Of a DNA stretch of 64,000 nucleotides, positions 27,462 to 42,349 are shown one piece after another; within the stretch, counting starts at the first letter, position 1, and the number at the start of each line of letters is the position of its first letter. Below the pieces are notes generated by a model. That model was not told where the DNA came from, did not search any database, and worked only from the letters and a program-made list of their open reading frames with translations. Source of the stretch: the human T2T-CHM13v2.0 reference genome, Homo sapiens; the NCBI RefSeq assembly GCF_009914755.1, contig NC_060929.1, one strand, 5' to 3'. The translations under genes and the position numbers were made by a program.

Positions 27462-27931
27462 AAAGAATGGCCACTCCATAGGCAGAGCAGGGGCATGAGC
27501 CACTGGTTGCCCATTTTTATGGTTATTTCTTGATTATATGCTAAACAAGGGGTGGATTATTCATGAGTTTTCTGGGAAAGGGGTGGGCAATTCCCAGAAC
27601 TGAGGGTTCCTCCCATTTTTGGACCATATAGGGTAACTTTCTGAAGTTGCCATGGCATTTGTAAACTGTCGTGGTGCTGGTGGGAGTATAGCCTTAAGGA
27701 CGACCGGAGGTCACTCTTGTTGCCATCTTGGTTTTGGTGGGTTTTAGCTGGTTTCTTTACTGCATCCTCTTTTATCAGCAAGGTCGTTATGACCTGTATC
27801 TTGTGCTGACCTTCTATTTCATCCTGTGAGTTAGAATGCCTAATTGTCTGGGAATGTAGCCCAGTAGGTCTCAGCCTTATTTTGCTCACCCTATTCAAGA
27901 TGGAGTTGCTCTGGTTCAAAGGCCTCTGACA
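27462..27931 (-). mobile_element. MER41 (ERV1) LTR, 3'-truncated
   Basis: Reverse complement begins TGTCAGAGGCCTTTGAACCAGAGCAACTCCATCTTGAATAGG and runs to CTATGGAGTGGCCATTCTTTT. Confidence 0.93.
27570..27599. promoter_or_regulatory. Tandem GAS (STAT) motifs within MER41
   Basis: TTCTGGGAA (27570-27578) and TTCCCAGAA (27591-27599), both TTCN3GAA. Confidence 0.6.
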
Positions 27932-29418
27932 ATATCACCCCTACTTTTCTGTTCTTCAGACTTGTTGAGGAAATCAGCAAGCGTTAATGCTTTAAAATAA
28001 ACTATGCAGACTGAGAAAAATTTTCAGTAGTACTTATCTCTCACTGTGCTGTTTTGTGGATATTTGTGTGTCCATCATGTCTCACGACCGTATCTCCTCA
28101 AGGAAAGACTGATTAGACATACATTTTTAAACTGCTTGGCAGGGCAGTGTCTTGGCACAAAGGGGTCTCAATGCAATCTACTGTATCAATGAGCGGACCA
28201 TAGAAGAATGTGATGAACAGGTAGCTCACTCATACACTATAGCTTACTCCTATGTTATAGTTTACTTATGCACTATAGATTTTAGAAATTTCTATCATTA
28301 AAGAAAACAATTTCAAAGAGAAGTTTATAAAACTTAATAATCTTTAGGAAAGTGATATCTTTGGGGAAATCAGCATGAAACATTTTGTTGTTTTAAAGTG
28401 ACCACAGAAAAACATGTTTTGATATTGCCTCTTTGATTTCTGTCACCTTATGATAATTTTTTTTCCTGGATTCAAGCAGACACACAATTTCTCTGGAAAA
28501 AAACTGTTTCTCTTCATAAAATAAAAAACAAACAAACATTGCATTCACAACTCTGCTCCCATAACTGCTTGAAGCCTCAGATTTTGTGAGGGGCACGTCC
28601 CTCCCATTTGTCTCTTTCAAAAATAAAATCTATGGGCCTTGGCTTCTGTAAACTCTTTGGAGAAAAATGCAAATCTTGAGACACTGTGTACTTTGTACTT
28701 CTGCAGTCATACAGTCATTTATGATCATCGGTGAGCTCCTCAATCACAGGAAACATCTGGCTGCAGCAGCAAATGTCTTATTTTACCTTTCTTCCTAGAC
28801 AGAGGAACATCCTTTACTGCATTACAAAATCCTTGAATATCTTCACAATGCTATAAATCTCAACATGACCTGTATTTGTCCTTAATATGTTGAATGAACA
28901 AAATACCACAGCTTGACTTGCACTCAGAGCTGATCTAGTGACAGCTCTTTCCTCCCACCTTTGAGGAACCTCAAGCAGGAGGGCAAAGTGCATTTCTAGG
29001 TGGCAGATCTCACCGGGGCAGGGACAGGGGCAGGGGCAGCGCTGGCCCTGCAACTTCTGAGGTACAGCCAAATGCTACTTTTGCCTCCTGTGCAGAGTCC
29101 TGGGGTGGAGTCTCCTGAGTGGGCTTTTGTCCCCACACACGTTGGAGCATTCTGTGTGTGTGAGGGTCCATGTGGACTGCCTCCCGCCAGTGTCACTTAG
29201 GTCCCTGAACCCCCTCTCAGCTATGCAAAGGGAATGAAGTTCTCTGAGCTGTGCGAAGCTGCAGAAACCCATTCACCATGACCCATGCTTGGTACTGTCT
29301 TCAATTTTATACCTGCTGCCTGCAGACAAGACCCATCTTCTGGTTGAATTAAGGACAGGTATCAGTTTACTCATCTCCTTGGGTTACGTCCAGGTTCATG
29401 GAGTGCTGCTGCACTTGA

Positions 29419-29612
29419 TGTTGGTTTGAGTTATATATGTTACCTCATATGTATATATTTGAGGATATATATATCTGTGTGTATATATACACACACAGAT
29501 ATGTTGGTTTGAGGTTATATGTATATATATATATATATACACACACACACAGATATAGATACACACACATTTATATCTCTGTCTGTATATGTGGAGAGAG
29601 ACAGAGAGAGAG
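29419..29612. repeat. Degenerate (TA)n/(CA)n/(GA)n tract with a duplicated unit
   Basis: TGTTGGTTTGAG(G)TTATAT occurs at ~29419 and ~29502, each followed by TA/CA runs. Confidence 0.8.
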
Positions 29613-30255
29613 TGCACCAGGAGTACTGAAATAAAGAGATGCCATCAATAAAACCTAGTGGGCTGTACCAAGTGTATTTTATCAACAAAGCAGAAAGCAG
29701 GTCCACAGTGCACAATTGTGTGTTATGACAACTAAAACTAAGATCGTTTCCCCCATGTTCTGGAAGAATTTTATCTCTTCAGTACAAAGGAACTGTTCAT
29801 GAGCTGCTATTGCCCTGCTGAGGAAAGGGATGGTGATTAAAAGCATCAGTGAAAATCCTGGAACTGACCCTTTCATATTCAGAAGCCACTGTGGAGGCTC
29901 TACCATGGGCAAAGCATTATCGTGGGAGCTATTTGGGATTCAACGATAATCACAGATTTTGTTCTCCAGGAGTTCATAATTTATTGTGTGTTTATGTAAG
30001 AACACAAGGGAGACATTTGGTAAGTTCCAAAAGAGTGGTGAAAGGTAACAATCTAATTCAGAATAGGCAGCCAGCTTCCCATGGCAGGTGTAGAAGGAAG
30101 ATCTTATGTCACATCTTTTGATTTCTGCAAAGCGGTGTAAGTTGCGTATTAGAAGGAGCTAATGTCATACCATGTGCTCTCCTGCAACTCAGGTATGGGA
30201 GGGAAGTTCCACCTGTGGATAATGATTTCAAACATGGATGCCCATCACAATTCTA

Positions 30256-31517
30256 TTGGTTGGTGTGAAAGTAATTGCAGTTTTGGATCGTGAATTTTAT
30301 ATCATTATAACTAGGCTCAAACGCATCTTTATTAATCAAAATTGGAACCATTACAGTCAACACATTTTTGCCAGTAAGAAATGTTTGTTTATTCCTGTAG
30401 CATAAAAATCTGTGCTTTGGGATTCCACAAACTCTTGGAAAGCATTTTCTGCATCCTGCTGGTTGTGGAAGCATTTTCCACAACCTGCAAAAAATCGTCA
30501 AGATGCTTGAAGAAGTGGTGGTTGGCAAGAGGTGAAGTGAATATTGTGGATGAGGCAACACTTCATAGCCCAATTTGTTCAACTTTTGAAGCATTGGTGG
30601 TGTCATGTGCAGTTGGGCATTGTTGTGGAGAAGAATTGGGCCCTTTCTGTTGACCGATGCTGGCTGTAGGGCTTGCAGTTTTTGGAGCATCTTATTGGTT
30701 TGCTGAGCATACTGCCCAGATGTAATGGTTTTCCCGGGATTCAGAAAGCTGTAGTGGATCAGACCGGCAGCAGACCACCAAACAGTTATCATGACCTTTT
30801 TCTGGTGCAAGTTTGACTTTGGGAAGTGCTTCTGTCCAGCCACTGAGCTGGTCATGCCTGGTTGTCATATAAAATTCACTTTTCATTGCCCATCACAATC
30901 TCATTGAGAAATGGCTCCTTGTTGTTGAGTGAAATAAGAGGACGACATTTCAAAACGATTTTATTTTTAATTTTCACTCAGCTCATGAGTCACCCACTTA
31001 TTGAGCTTTTTCACCTTTCCAATTTGCTTCAAATGCCAAACAACCATAGAGTGGTTGATGTTGAGTTCTTCGGCAACTTCTTGTGTAGTTGTAAGAGGAT
31101 CAGCTTCGATGATTGCTCTCAATTGGTCATTGTCAACTTTGGCCCCTACGCTCCTCATCTTCAAGGTTCTCATCTCCTTTGCAAAACTTCTTGAACCACC
31201 ACTGCACTGTACGTTCATTAGCAGTTCCTGGGCCAAATGTGGTGTTGTTGTTGCGAGTTGTCTCTGCTGCTTTATGACCCATTATGAACTTGAATAAGAA
31301 AATCGCTCAAATTTGCTTTTTGTCTAACATTGTTCCCATAGTCTAAAATAAACATAAAATAAACAACAAGTGTAATAAGCCATTATTAAAAAAATAAAGT
31401 GAGAAATGCACATTAAAATAATGTGTAACATAACCACATTTATTTAAGAATGTATTCCAGTATCAAACGGCGAATTCCAACAATGCAAAAACTGCAACTA
31501 CTTTTGCACTCACCAGA
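30256..31517 (-). mobile_element. Full-length Hsmar1 mariner DNA transposon (defective)
   Basis: TIRs TTGGTTGGTGTGAAAGTAATTGCAGTTTT and AAAACTGCAACTACTTTTGCACTCACCAGA, flanked by TA at 30254-30255 and 31518-31519. Confidence 0.95.
30332..31339 (-). pseudogene. Hsmar1 transposase pseudogene (frameshifts and stops)
   Basis: Fragments VDNDQLRAIIEADPLTTTQEVAEELNINHS...WVTHELSEN, HFPKSNLHQKKVMITVWWSAAGLIHYSFLNPG and LGYEVLPHPQYS are split over several frames. Confidence 0.92.
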
Positions 31518-33059
31518 TAGTCATTGCTTCACTTAATATGTAGACATTCCTCATATAATGAGTACAGTGTCAGCCTATGCATTAGAAGCTATTGAAGTAA
31601 ATCAAACATTAAGGAATTAATCATACTTTGATTTAAGAGATTGAAAAACTTTATGAAAGTTTACAAAAGTGATGTTATTTAACGTTGGATTTTAAAACAA
31701 TACCTTTGACCTTGGTCACCTTCAAACGTAAATTAATCTTTCTTGGCCTCCCTACCACAATGATCTTTACCCCATTTCCACTGGGAATACCCGTCATGTT
31801 TGATTGAAGGACCACATTTTGTGGTCCTGCAGAATTTATGAAATGAAAGAGCTAACTGAAAAGAGGCAGCTTTAGCCTGTGGATGTCTTTTTCCCAAAAT
31901 TTAAGGTCTAATATTTCCTCTTTTAGACTTTTCTTTATTTACAGAGAGACTTTGTTTTATTTATTCTTATGTCCATCCCATGTAAAAAGGTCTGTGCTTT
32001 TATTTCTGATGTTAAAAATAAATAATAAATAAATAAGTGAATGAATAAATACCAAGAGAATGTTAATCTTTTCCACTTTTAATAATCAATCATGCCATAT
32101 ATTGAAATAGTGTTATAAAAATTCCTAACCCCACATAACTTACATGTGCATAAAATGTGCATTGGCGTTTTGTGACAACTGTAACTCAGCATATTGCTGA
32201 CACAGAGGATCAAATTCAGCCAGTGATGGCACCATGGTGAACAGTGTTGTGACTTCTGTAGATAAGGTGGTATTTCATTATGGAATTTTAAATCTCTGGA
32301 TTTTTGTTAAATTAAAGGAAAAGAAAATGGGTAATAGAAAGCAGATATGAAAATTCAGAGGGCTGGAAAACCTGTTAACTCATCTGCCAAGGAAGGTAGA
32401 ACTCCACAACAATGAAGTAGGCAGCACTTACGGTATTGCTTAGGAAAAAAGTCATGCTTTTCCTATAGTGAAGAGAACAACGTAACTATGCACAAAAGGA
32501 AGGACACTATTAGATGTTAAAGAAAGCTTTTCATCACACATTTTGGGGAATTACTGTTCAGATTTCCTCAACACCAAGGGCATCCATCCTTATCGGCCTG
32601 ATTAGACACTCAGGGTGTTCAGCCAGATCTTGTTCTATTACATATCACTGTTTCCAGTAAATCATGGTACAGTGAAGTTAAATTGGACTTAGAAGAACCC
32701 ATAAGAACCATCATTTTAACACAGCACTAAACTTTACCCCTGAAGTCTTCTCTGTGTCTCATGTTATTGTCTATGAAATGCGTGCTTGTCTGCTGACATG
32801 GGAAAATGTAATCTACATGAAACATGAAGTCGGTGAGTGTGTGAGAAATCTGAGTCTAATGGAAACACTGAAAGGTGTGTCATGAGAAGCAGCTTACAAA
32901 TAACAACAGTTATAGCAATTTGTCGTTACTATTGAAAAGAAACATTTATTTGGTAAACTTGGTTGCATGCAAAAGAACATAATGATGAAATTGAACAGTG
33001 ACTCGGATCACATTAATTTGCACACAGAAATAAGAAGAGCCAAAGGCAGCAACTAAGAT

Positions 33060-33557
33060 TGTGGTGGACAGAATAATGGCCCCCAAAGATGTCCACGTCT
33101 TAATCCTCAGATCCTGAGGTTATGCTGTACTCTGTGGCAAAGGGGAATTAAGGTTGCAGAGGGAATGAAGTTCGGTCATCAGCTGCTCTTAAAATAAGGA
33201 GATAGTCCTGTGTTGCTTGGAGGTGGGGTCCAGTGAAATTACAGGGGACATTAAATGTGGAAGAGGGAGGTGGAAGAAGAAGGCAGAATTAGAGATTTGA
33301 AGATGTTGCAATGTTGTCTTCAAAGATGGAAGAGACCAGAAGCCAAGGAATGCAGGTGGCCTTTAGAAGCTGGAAAAGGCAAGGGCTAGCTCCTCTCCTG
33401 AGCCTCCAGAAGGAGGGAAGCCCTGTTGAGATTTTGACTTTAGTCCAGTGGGACCCATGTTAGACGTCTGACTCTTGAAACTGTAAGATAATAAATTGGT
33501 GCTACTTTTAGCCACTAAGTTTGTGGATGTTTGTTATGACAGCAAGAGGAAGACCAT
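33060..33557 (+). mobile_element. MLT1D-like MaLR solo LTR
   Basis: TGTGGTGGACAGAATAATGGCCCCCAAAGATGTCCACGTC...AAGCCAAGGAATGCAGGTGGCC...AGCCACTAAGTTTGTGG. Confidence 0.9.
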
Positions 33558-36534
33558 GTAAATATGTTTTTATATGATTGTAGAATGTATACACAATACT
33601 GCCTTCAAATAAACTGAATAAGAAGCAGCAGGTCAGAGTTAATTTTTAATGGAACTGCTAATTTTGGGTCAACACTGAAATAACTTAGGGTTGTGTCAGG
33701 AATGTGCAGAGTTACTCGCTTCTAAAGGGAGGACATTGTGTGGGTGGTAGTGGAGCCTCACTGAAGTGAGAATAAAATAGCTGTGCTCCTGCAGCTGACA
33801 CAGAAAAGTAGAGGCTTGTTAACGCATAGGATTGGGGGGACATGCGAATATGCATATGAGAAATTACTTTCCCTATATCAGCAACTCTAATAAATAAAGC
33901 AAATATTGATAAAAAATATGTTGAAAATTCCAAGTATAGGGAAATAGCTACAATTTATTGACATAGAATTACATAGTGAAAACACATTCATGAACATCGC
34001 TTAAGGAAAAGATTAAGTAAAAGTAGGAATCGAATGAATATACTTGTGTTATTCTCTAGCAAAAATGAAAGTTTGGGTGAAGGGTAAGCCAGATTCCTGT
34101 TCTGCTCCCTGGAGAGTGGGTCTCTCAGGTCTAACATCAGAGCCAGCTCTTGAGGGTGCCAAGTTCCTGCCATGCAGGGGCCTCTGCTTGCCTCTGAGAT
34201 AGACAAAGCACACCATTTCTAGCTGAAACTCTGAGCACAGAGTAGAGCATGTTCTGTTCTTGGCATAATATATACATATCTCTGTCTTTTCTATGTGTAC
34301 AGAGTGCGTTCACTAAGAGGGCACTTCACAGGGGCTTCTGGGTGCCCTTCTGATCTGAAGTCTAATCTTATCAGATCTGATGACTGGGTGGTGAGTTGTC
34401 AGACAGGGAAGGGAATGGCTTTTTGGAGAGAACTTGAAGAGTATTTTCTATGGTTGATTAAACTGGGAAAGAGAGTTCTTGCTCTTTTTATTTTATGAAT
34501 ACATGCAGAATGAAAAGACTGGAAGAATCAGCAAAATGATGTTAGTAAAACTCTTCTCCAGCTAAAGTGCACAGTGAAAGAAGTAAAGCCTTAAATGGTG
34601 GCAATCCAGTTTTATAGTTTGGAAGGAATAAAACAATGCTATCTCACATATGGATATTGAAGCACAATAATGCAAATCTGTGTATGGCTTTGTTGTAGCA
34701 TACTGCTACCATCATTTATATAAATACAGTAATAAGGATATTTGGTTCATTTTGGGAATTACTGTTTTATTCTTCAAAACATGTTCAAACAGTATTCAAG
34801 CTTGAGAAACATGGCATAATTTAAGAATATAATTTTTAACCGGGGTCTAAGAAATTGTCTCATTTCTCTCTCTATGTAGCTATGTGATCTGAAACAATAC
34901 AACTAATATTTTGTTATTTAAATTTTATCATGCTAATGAAATATGCCACAGGGATATTGTCAATCTGTATGCATAAGTTTGTCAAAAATTATGCAACATC
35001 ATGATGATGTGCAGTTGGACTCATTAAACCTCAATTTCTTCTTTCTTAGACTCAGTCGTTCCAAATATTGCCTGCTCCATCTGTCCTAATTGTGTCCTAC
35101 ATATAAAAACCAATTTACATTTTTACTTGTCAAAATGTTCTTTCCAACATGAAAACAAAAATTAATGTCTCTGTTTTATACTATTTCTCCCCTTTACTTG
35201 GTGAAAATTCCTTGAGCCTGTGGGCCAAGTGTTCAATTTTGTACCCTCAGAGAACTTAGAGTAATACTGAGTATGCGGCAGATGATGAATAAATGGTCTA
35301 ATTTAGTTAACAGCATTTTAGCAGCAGTAGTAACAGTGGCAACTGCATAGATATTTTGAGGAATCTCACCACTTTTGTTACTTAATTCATCCCTAAAAGT
35401 TTTGTTTTAGCTGGGGAAGCAGTAAAGAACTTTATAAAATATTCAACATTTGTGCAGTGTTTTGCCCATAAACAAGTGATCATTTTTATACAGCAGAATT
35501 GCAAAGAATTTTCCTCTTTATACCTACTGAGTTACAAAGGTAAATTCACCTATTTTAAATGCCTTCATTTCATTCAATTCAAGCTGACACATTTATAAGT
35601 CATATTCGCATTGACTTTAAGTAATAATGTTTAAGAGAAGAAATAGAAATTTTAGGATAACTAAGCTTTTTCAGTTTCAAAAAATATAAATTAACTTGAT
35701 TAAATCAAGGATAAAGGAAGATTTTAGAAGGCTATGATTTAGATAATGAGATGAACAAGGAAACTAAATTGGCAGGTTCAGCATTTTGAAGGATTTCTCT
35801 GTGATGTGCTGGTCTTGCATGCCCCTCTGCTTAAGGGTTTCATTACAGAGTAAGTGAGATGATTGATATGGTTTGGTTCACATAGATACAATGAAGGAAG
35901 AGGTCCTTTAAGCCATTGCTAAAATAAGGGGTGATGGATGGTGGACTGCAGAAATGACAGATGTCCTTTACATAAATAACCAAGTTTCAACAAAGAGAAG
36001 AAAAATAATCATGAAAGCATTTAGAATCTTATGTTTTTAAATTTAAAAGGTAAATTTTCATAAATCACCATAAATATTAGCATTAAAGGAATTTCAAAAA
36101 GAAGTTATGTTTTGTTCAAGAATTTAATTTCTTATGCTGCCCACAAAGCAACAGGAAGAAGTTACACTAGAGATGTTGTATGTTTTACTCTGAAATAAAG
36201 ACCACTTCAAACAGTATACTTTGTGATATTTATTAAAATTACTTCATGAGAGAGAAAATACATAGGCCAACAACTGCTCGAAGCATCATACAGGAAAGGG
36301 AATGATGCCAGGCAGCAGGTTATAGGAAAGGGTTAAGCGGCAGCTATTTTTCCTATGGAAACGTCTAGCTTTATTTAAGATCTTATGGATTAATCAGGGG
36401 GAGAAAATATCATGTTAGAAAAATTAACAAATAGCCTTTATAAAAATAATTTTAGAATTATGCTTAAAAATCTTCAAGAGATAAGGGTCTAACAGTCACT
36501 TTTTAGTACTCTAATTCAAGAAGAGCACCTTTGG

Positions 36535-36810
36535 AGACAGAATGTAAAGAGCAGATTGAGGGCAGAGATTTAATTTTTCTTGTTTATGTTAATACTCAGA
36601 TCCCAAATTAGTTGTTGGCACGTTGTAGACATGCACTGAAACATGTATCCAAAATAAATAAAAGAATAGATAGAAGATTGCTGAAGAGCAAAAATTACTG
36701 TTCTAGTGGTCCAGTCCCATAACCAAAACTAGCAATATGACTGTATGCAACCTTGAACTTCGCTGGGACTAATTTTTAGATGATGAGATTAAGTTTAATT
36801 GCCTTCAAAG
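36535..36810 (+). mobile_element. L2 3' end followed by a MIR relic
   Basis: AGAATGTAAAG...GAGGGCAGAGAT...TGGCACGTTGTAGAC...AATAAATAAA, then MIR-like core. Confidence 0.5.
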
Positions 36811-37181
36811 TCTTTTTCAGTGAGGCTTAGTAAATGAGCTGCAGAATCACGATCACTCATGAGTTCTTCTCCAGCAGCTCTGCAAATGCCACATATCATC
36901 AGGCCCAGCCAGGTTCAAAGCAAGCTTACTTAACCAGGGAAGCAGAACCCCTTCTCTCTCCTTTTCCATCCAGGCATGGTTCTGCTCTCCTCCACTGCTG
37001 ATAGTAAAGGGTAATGCATTAACAGATGAGGCCTTGAGATGGGACTCTTCAATAGTGGATCTTTGAAAACTAGAAGTAAGTGATGTGAACACTCTGAGGC
37101 AGAGGGCTTCATCCAGCAGTTCTAGGCAAGAGAATCTCATGGTTTTAGCTAAGTATTTTTGCATCTTTTCACTTCCTCTTC

Positions 37182-37271
37182 TTTTTTTTAAAATTTCTTT
37201 ATTTTTATTTTTTTGAGATGGAAACTTACACTGTTGCCCGGGCTGGAGTGCAGTGGTGCGATCTCAGCTCA
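37182..37271 (-). mobile_element. Alu 3' fragment (tail plus ~55 bp)
   Basis: T-rich tail then GAGATGGAAACTTACACTGTTGCCCGGGCTGGAGTGCAGTGGTGCGATCTCAGCTCA; no TSD seen. Confidence 0.85.
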
Positions 37272-37475
37272 GAATTGAAGTAGTCAGGTTTCTGGATTTG
37301 TGCTAAGCAACAAGTGTCTACATTTTTTTTTTTTTCTCTCTCGGAGGTATTTTTAAATTTCTGCTTCATGTTAGGATGGCATTTCCCCACCTCCATCCAT
37401 TACACTTCAGTGGAGAGACACTAGGAAACACAGATGAATGCAAGCTGGTCAGGCATTAAGAATAGAATGAACCCC

Positions 37476-37597
37476 TAGTTGTTAAATATATAGCTTATTG
37501 CCTAAACCAGGACACTTTTGGCACTAGTGATAATTATGCCAGGACAATTCACATAAACTGAGAAAATCAAGGGGAAATATGACACGTGATCATCCTA
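37476..37597. mobile_element. MER94-like hAT-Blackjack non-autonomous DNA transposon
   Basis: CTAAACCAGGACACTTTTG...ATAATTATGCCAGGACAA...ATAAACTGAG...GACACGTGATCATCCT. Confidence 0.65.
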
Positions 37598-38328
37598 TTG
37601 TTGATGTACACTTTTATTTCTTTTCTCTCACCCTCCACTGAAGCAGGCAGGGGTTCTCAAATCCAGCATATTTATCTCCTTCCTGGAAGAGTTATGGTTG
37701 GTGGACCCTAACTCCGTGTAGGTGCTAACATTTTCATTTCATTCATGTCTTACCTTTGCCATGTTATGGCCTTCTGGGGTGCTGGAATCTGTATTGACCT
37801 CTTGTCCACCTTCCTGTGATTTTTTTTCTCTGCAAAGCTAACAAGAATTTCTCCCAGCAACACAGCTCTCATTTATTTCCTGGACTAATGAGGATGAAAG
37901 CTTGAGTCTTACACAATCCTACTTAAAAAAAGGTCTCTCCTAGCATTTACTGGGGACAATTGATATACATTAATGTCTTTACCATAACATTAAAAAATGA
38001 TCTAAAGCATAGGTAACAGAATTCAAATTGAATCTAGTATCCCTAGTGATTCCCAGGGGTAGCTGCCATGGGAGCAACCTGGAGACCATTGGACTTCCCA
38101 GCTGTGGATCTGCATTTACATTGCAGCTTCATATTCCCCAACACTGTTAAATATAACACTCAGACATATTTGATGGAGCCCAGAATATTTTACAATTTAA
38201 GTAAAGGAAAATTATTTTTAAATTTTGTTATGTAAACACATAGAAAAATGGAATCCAATGTTTAAATAGTTTGCATAAGTTAAAAATTCCATTTTGGCAT
38301 CTCTAATTTTTCGTTTGGTAGTGACAAC

Positions 38329-38735
38329 TGATATGGTTTGGATATTTGTCTCCTCCCAATCTTATATTCAAATATATTCCCCAGCGTTGGAGGTTGGGTC
38401 TGGTAGGAGGTGATTGGGTCATGGGAATGGATTTCTCCTGAGTGGCTTAGCACCATCCTCTTGGTGCTGAATGAGTTCATGCAAGATCTGGTTGTTTTAA
38501 AGTGTGCAGCACCTCCCCCAACTCTCTCTTGCTCCAGCTCTCACCGTGTGAAATACCTGCTCCCCCTTTGCGTTCGGCCATGATTGTAAGCTTCCTGAAG
38601 CCCTCACCGGAAGCAGAGGTCTGCACCCAGCTTCTTGTACTGTCTGCTGAACTGTGGGCCAATTAAACCTCTTCCCTTTCTAAGCCACCTCATCTCAGGT
38701 ATTTCTTCATGGCAACGCAATAACGGCCTAATACA
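38329..38735 (+). mobile_element. MSTB-like MaLR solo LTR
   Basis: TGATATGGTTTGGATATTTGTC...GGCCTAATACA; TSD ACAAC/ACTAC. Confidence 0.92.
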
Positions 38736-38906
38736 ACTACAGACCCACCGCAGTAGCATACAATGGAGCACTTTCACCTTTGAAAAGGTAGAATCCTATG
38801 GTAGTAACAAACTTCAGAAGTGCATTTAATTAGAATTTTGATACTCTTCAATTTTTATTGTACTACTGTTTTCAATGATTTTTCAATTATGATATTTCAT
38901 TCAAAA

Positions 38907-41081
<2,175 letters not shown>

Positions 41082-41644
41082 TTATTTTATTTGTAAAGGA
41101 TATGAATTTAAAATTTATGTATCCAGAAGGTACATTAAGAATTCTTCAAATTCTTCTTAACCAATTGCACTTTTGATCCAACTTTTAATTTAGCATATTT
41201 CTTGCTTGATTTTATTGCAGAAATTTGAACTGGAGTCACAAGCTCCTGCCCAGAAGTTTTTTTTTTTTCAGTGCAGTGTTGGTAAAATTAATTAGAAAGC
41301 CAGGAGTGGGGATGGGAACATTCTTCCTTTAGGCAGATACAAACTCCTCCCACGTATGGATGGCCTTCTACTCAAGGAGACTCACATATCCAGGTTACTT
41401 TCCTGGCCTGATGGACTTTTAGCTTTATCCTCTACTATAGAAGTTAATTTAAACTCCTGGTGAGAAAGCCACACTTAGAGTGAGAATTTTCTGAAACAAT
41501 GTGCTTAAAATCTCCAATGGAATTGGAAACATAAACCATGGAGACAAACAGGTGTCAAGTTGCCTCTTCACTTCCAAATACCACAGTTATCAGCAGCCTC
41601 ACCAGGGAGAATTTGGGACACAGGAACACGTGCCTGTCCAGAAC

Positions 41645-41830
41645 TTAGGCTTTGGGGATCAGATCATTGGACTCTGATGACCAGCCCTAGCACTCGTTTG
41701 GTGTGCATTGGACATGCACATGAACTGATCAAGCTTGATTTCTTCCTCTGTAAAACAGGAATTCTCAAAGCTTCATTTTGGGATTAAATGAGATTAAATG
41801 AAATAATGGATGGTACATGTCAGTGTTGGT
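41645..41830 (+). mobile_element. MIR SINE relic
   Basis: TTTCTTCCTCTGTAAAACAGGAAT...GGATTAAATGAGATTAAATG core. Confidence 0.7.
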
Positions 41831-41834
41831 CATA

Positions 41835-42349
41835 GGGAAGTAAAAGATTGAATACACCAAGGGACAATGGTCAGATCATCTATAAAAATAGAACTGTGAC
41901 CCAGGATCTGCATCAACCAGCCCAGTAAACTCACCTGTTATCTAGCCATGCCAGACTTGTAGGATGTCAGACCAAGATCTCTGGGCAAACAATCCAGCAA
42001 AACAAACAATATTCCCTGCAACAACTGACCCCAAATGACCAGAACTTGACTAATAACTGACAGCTTTTGAAATTTGTGTCCCCACTTCCAATTTAGGATC
42101 AATCAGAGAGAGCCAAATATGCACCCCTAACCAACTGAGTGCCTGGATTCCTGCAGCTTCCCCAGGCCAACAGCCTCTAATCAGGACATTCTCGAGGCCT
42201 TCCCTTTTCCCACTGTGAAGCTCTCCCACTCCTCTGCTTGACTTTGAGTTTGCCAAACGCAAGTAACAGTGGCTGACTTTCTTGCTCTAGCAAGTAAAGA
42301 ATAACAGCCTTGGCTTGTTCTCATTTGGTTGGCTTTTGTTTATTTCCAA
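41835..42349 (+). mobile_element. MER54-like ERVL solo LTR
   Basis: AAAATAGAACTGTGACCC...AATAACTGACAGCTT...GCCAAATATGCACCCCTAACCAA...GTTTATTTCCA. Confidence 0.75.

Noticed and set aside
30253-30855. 200-aa ORF as SETMAR or an active transposase
   Set aside because: Partial frame of a decayed Hsmar1; no SET domain, and it shifts out of frame after the HPQYS motif
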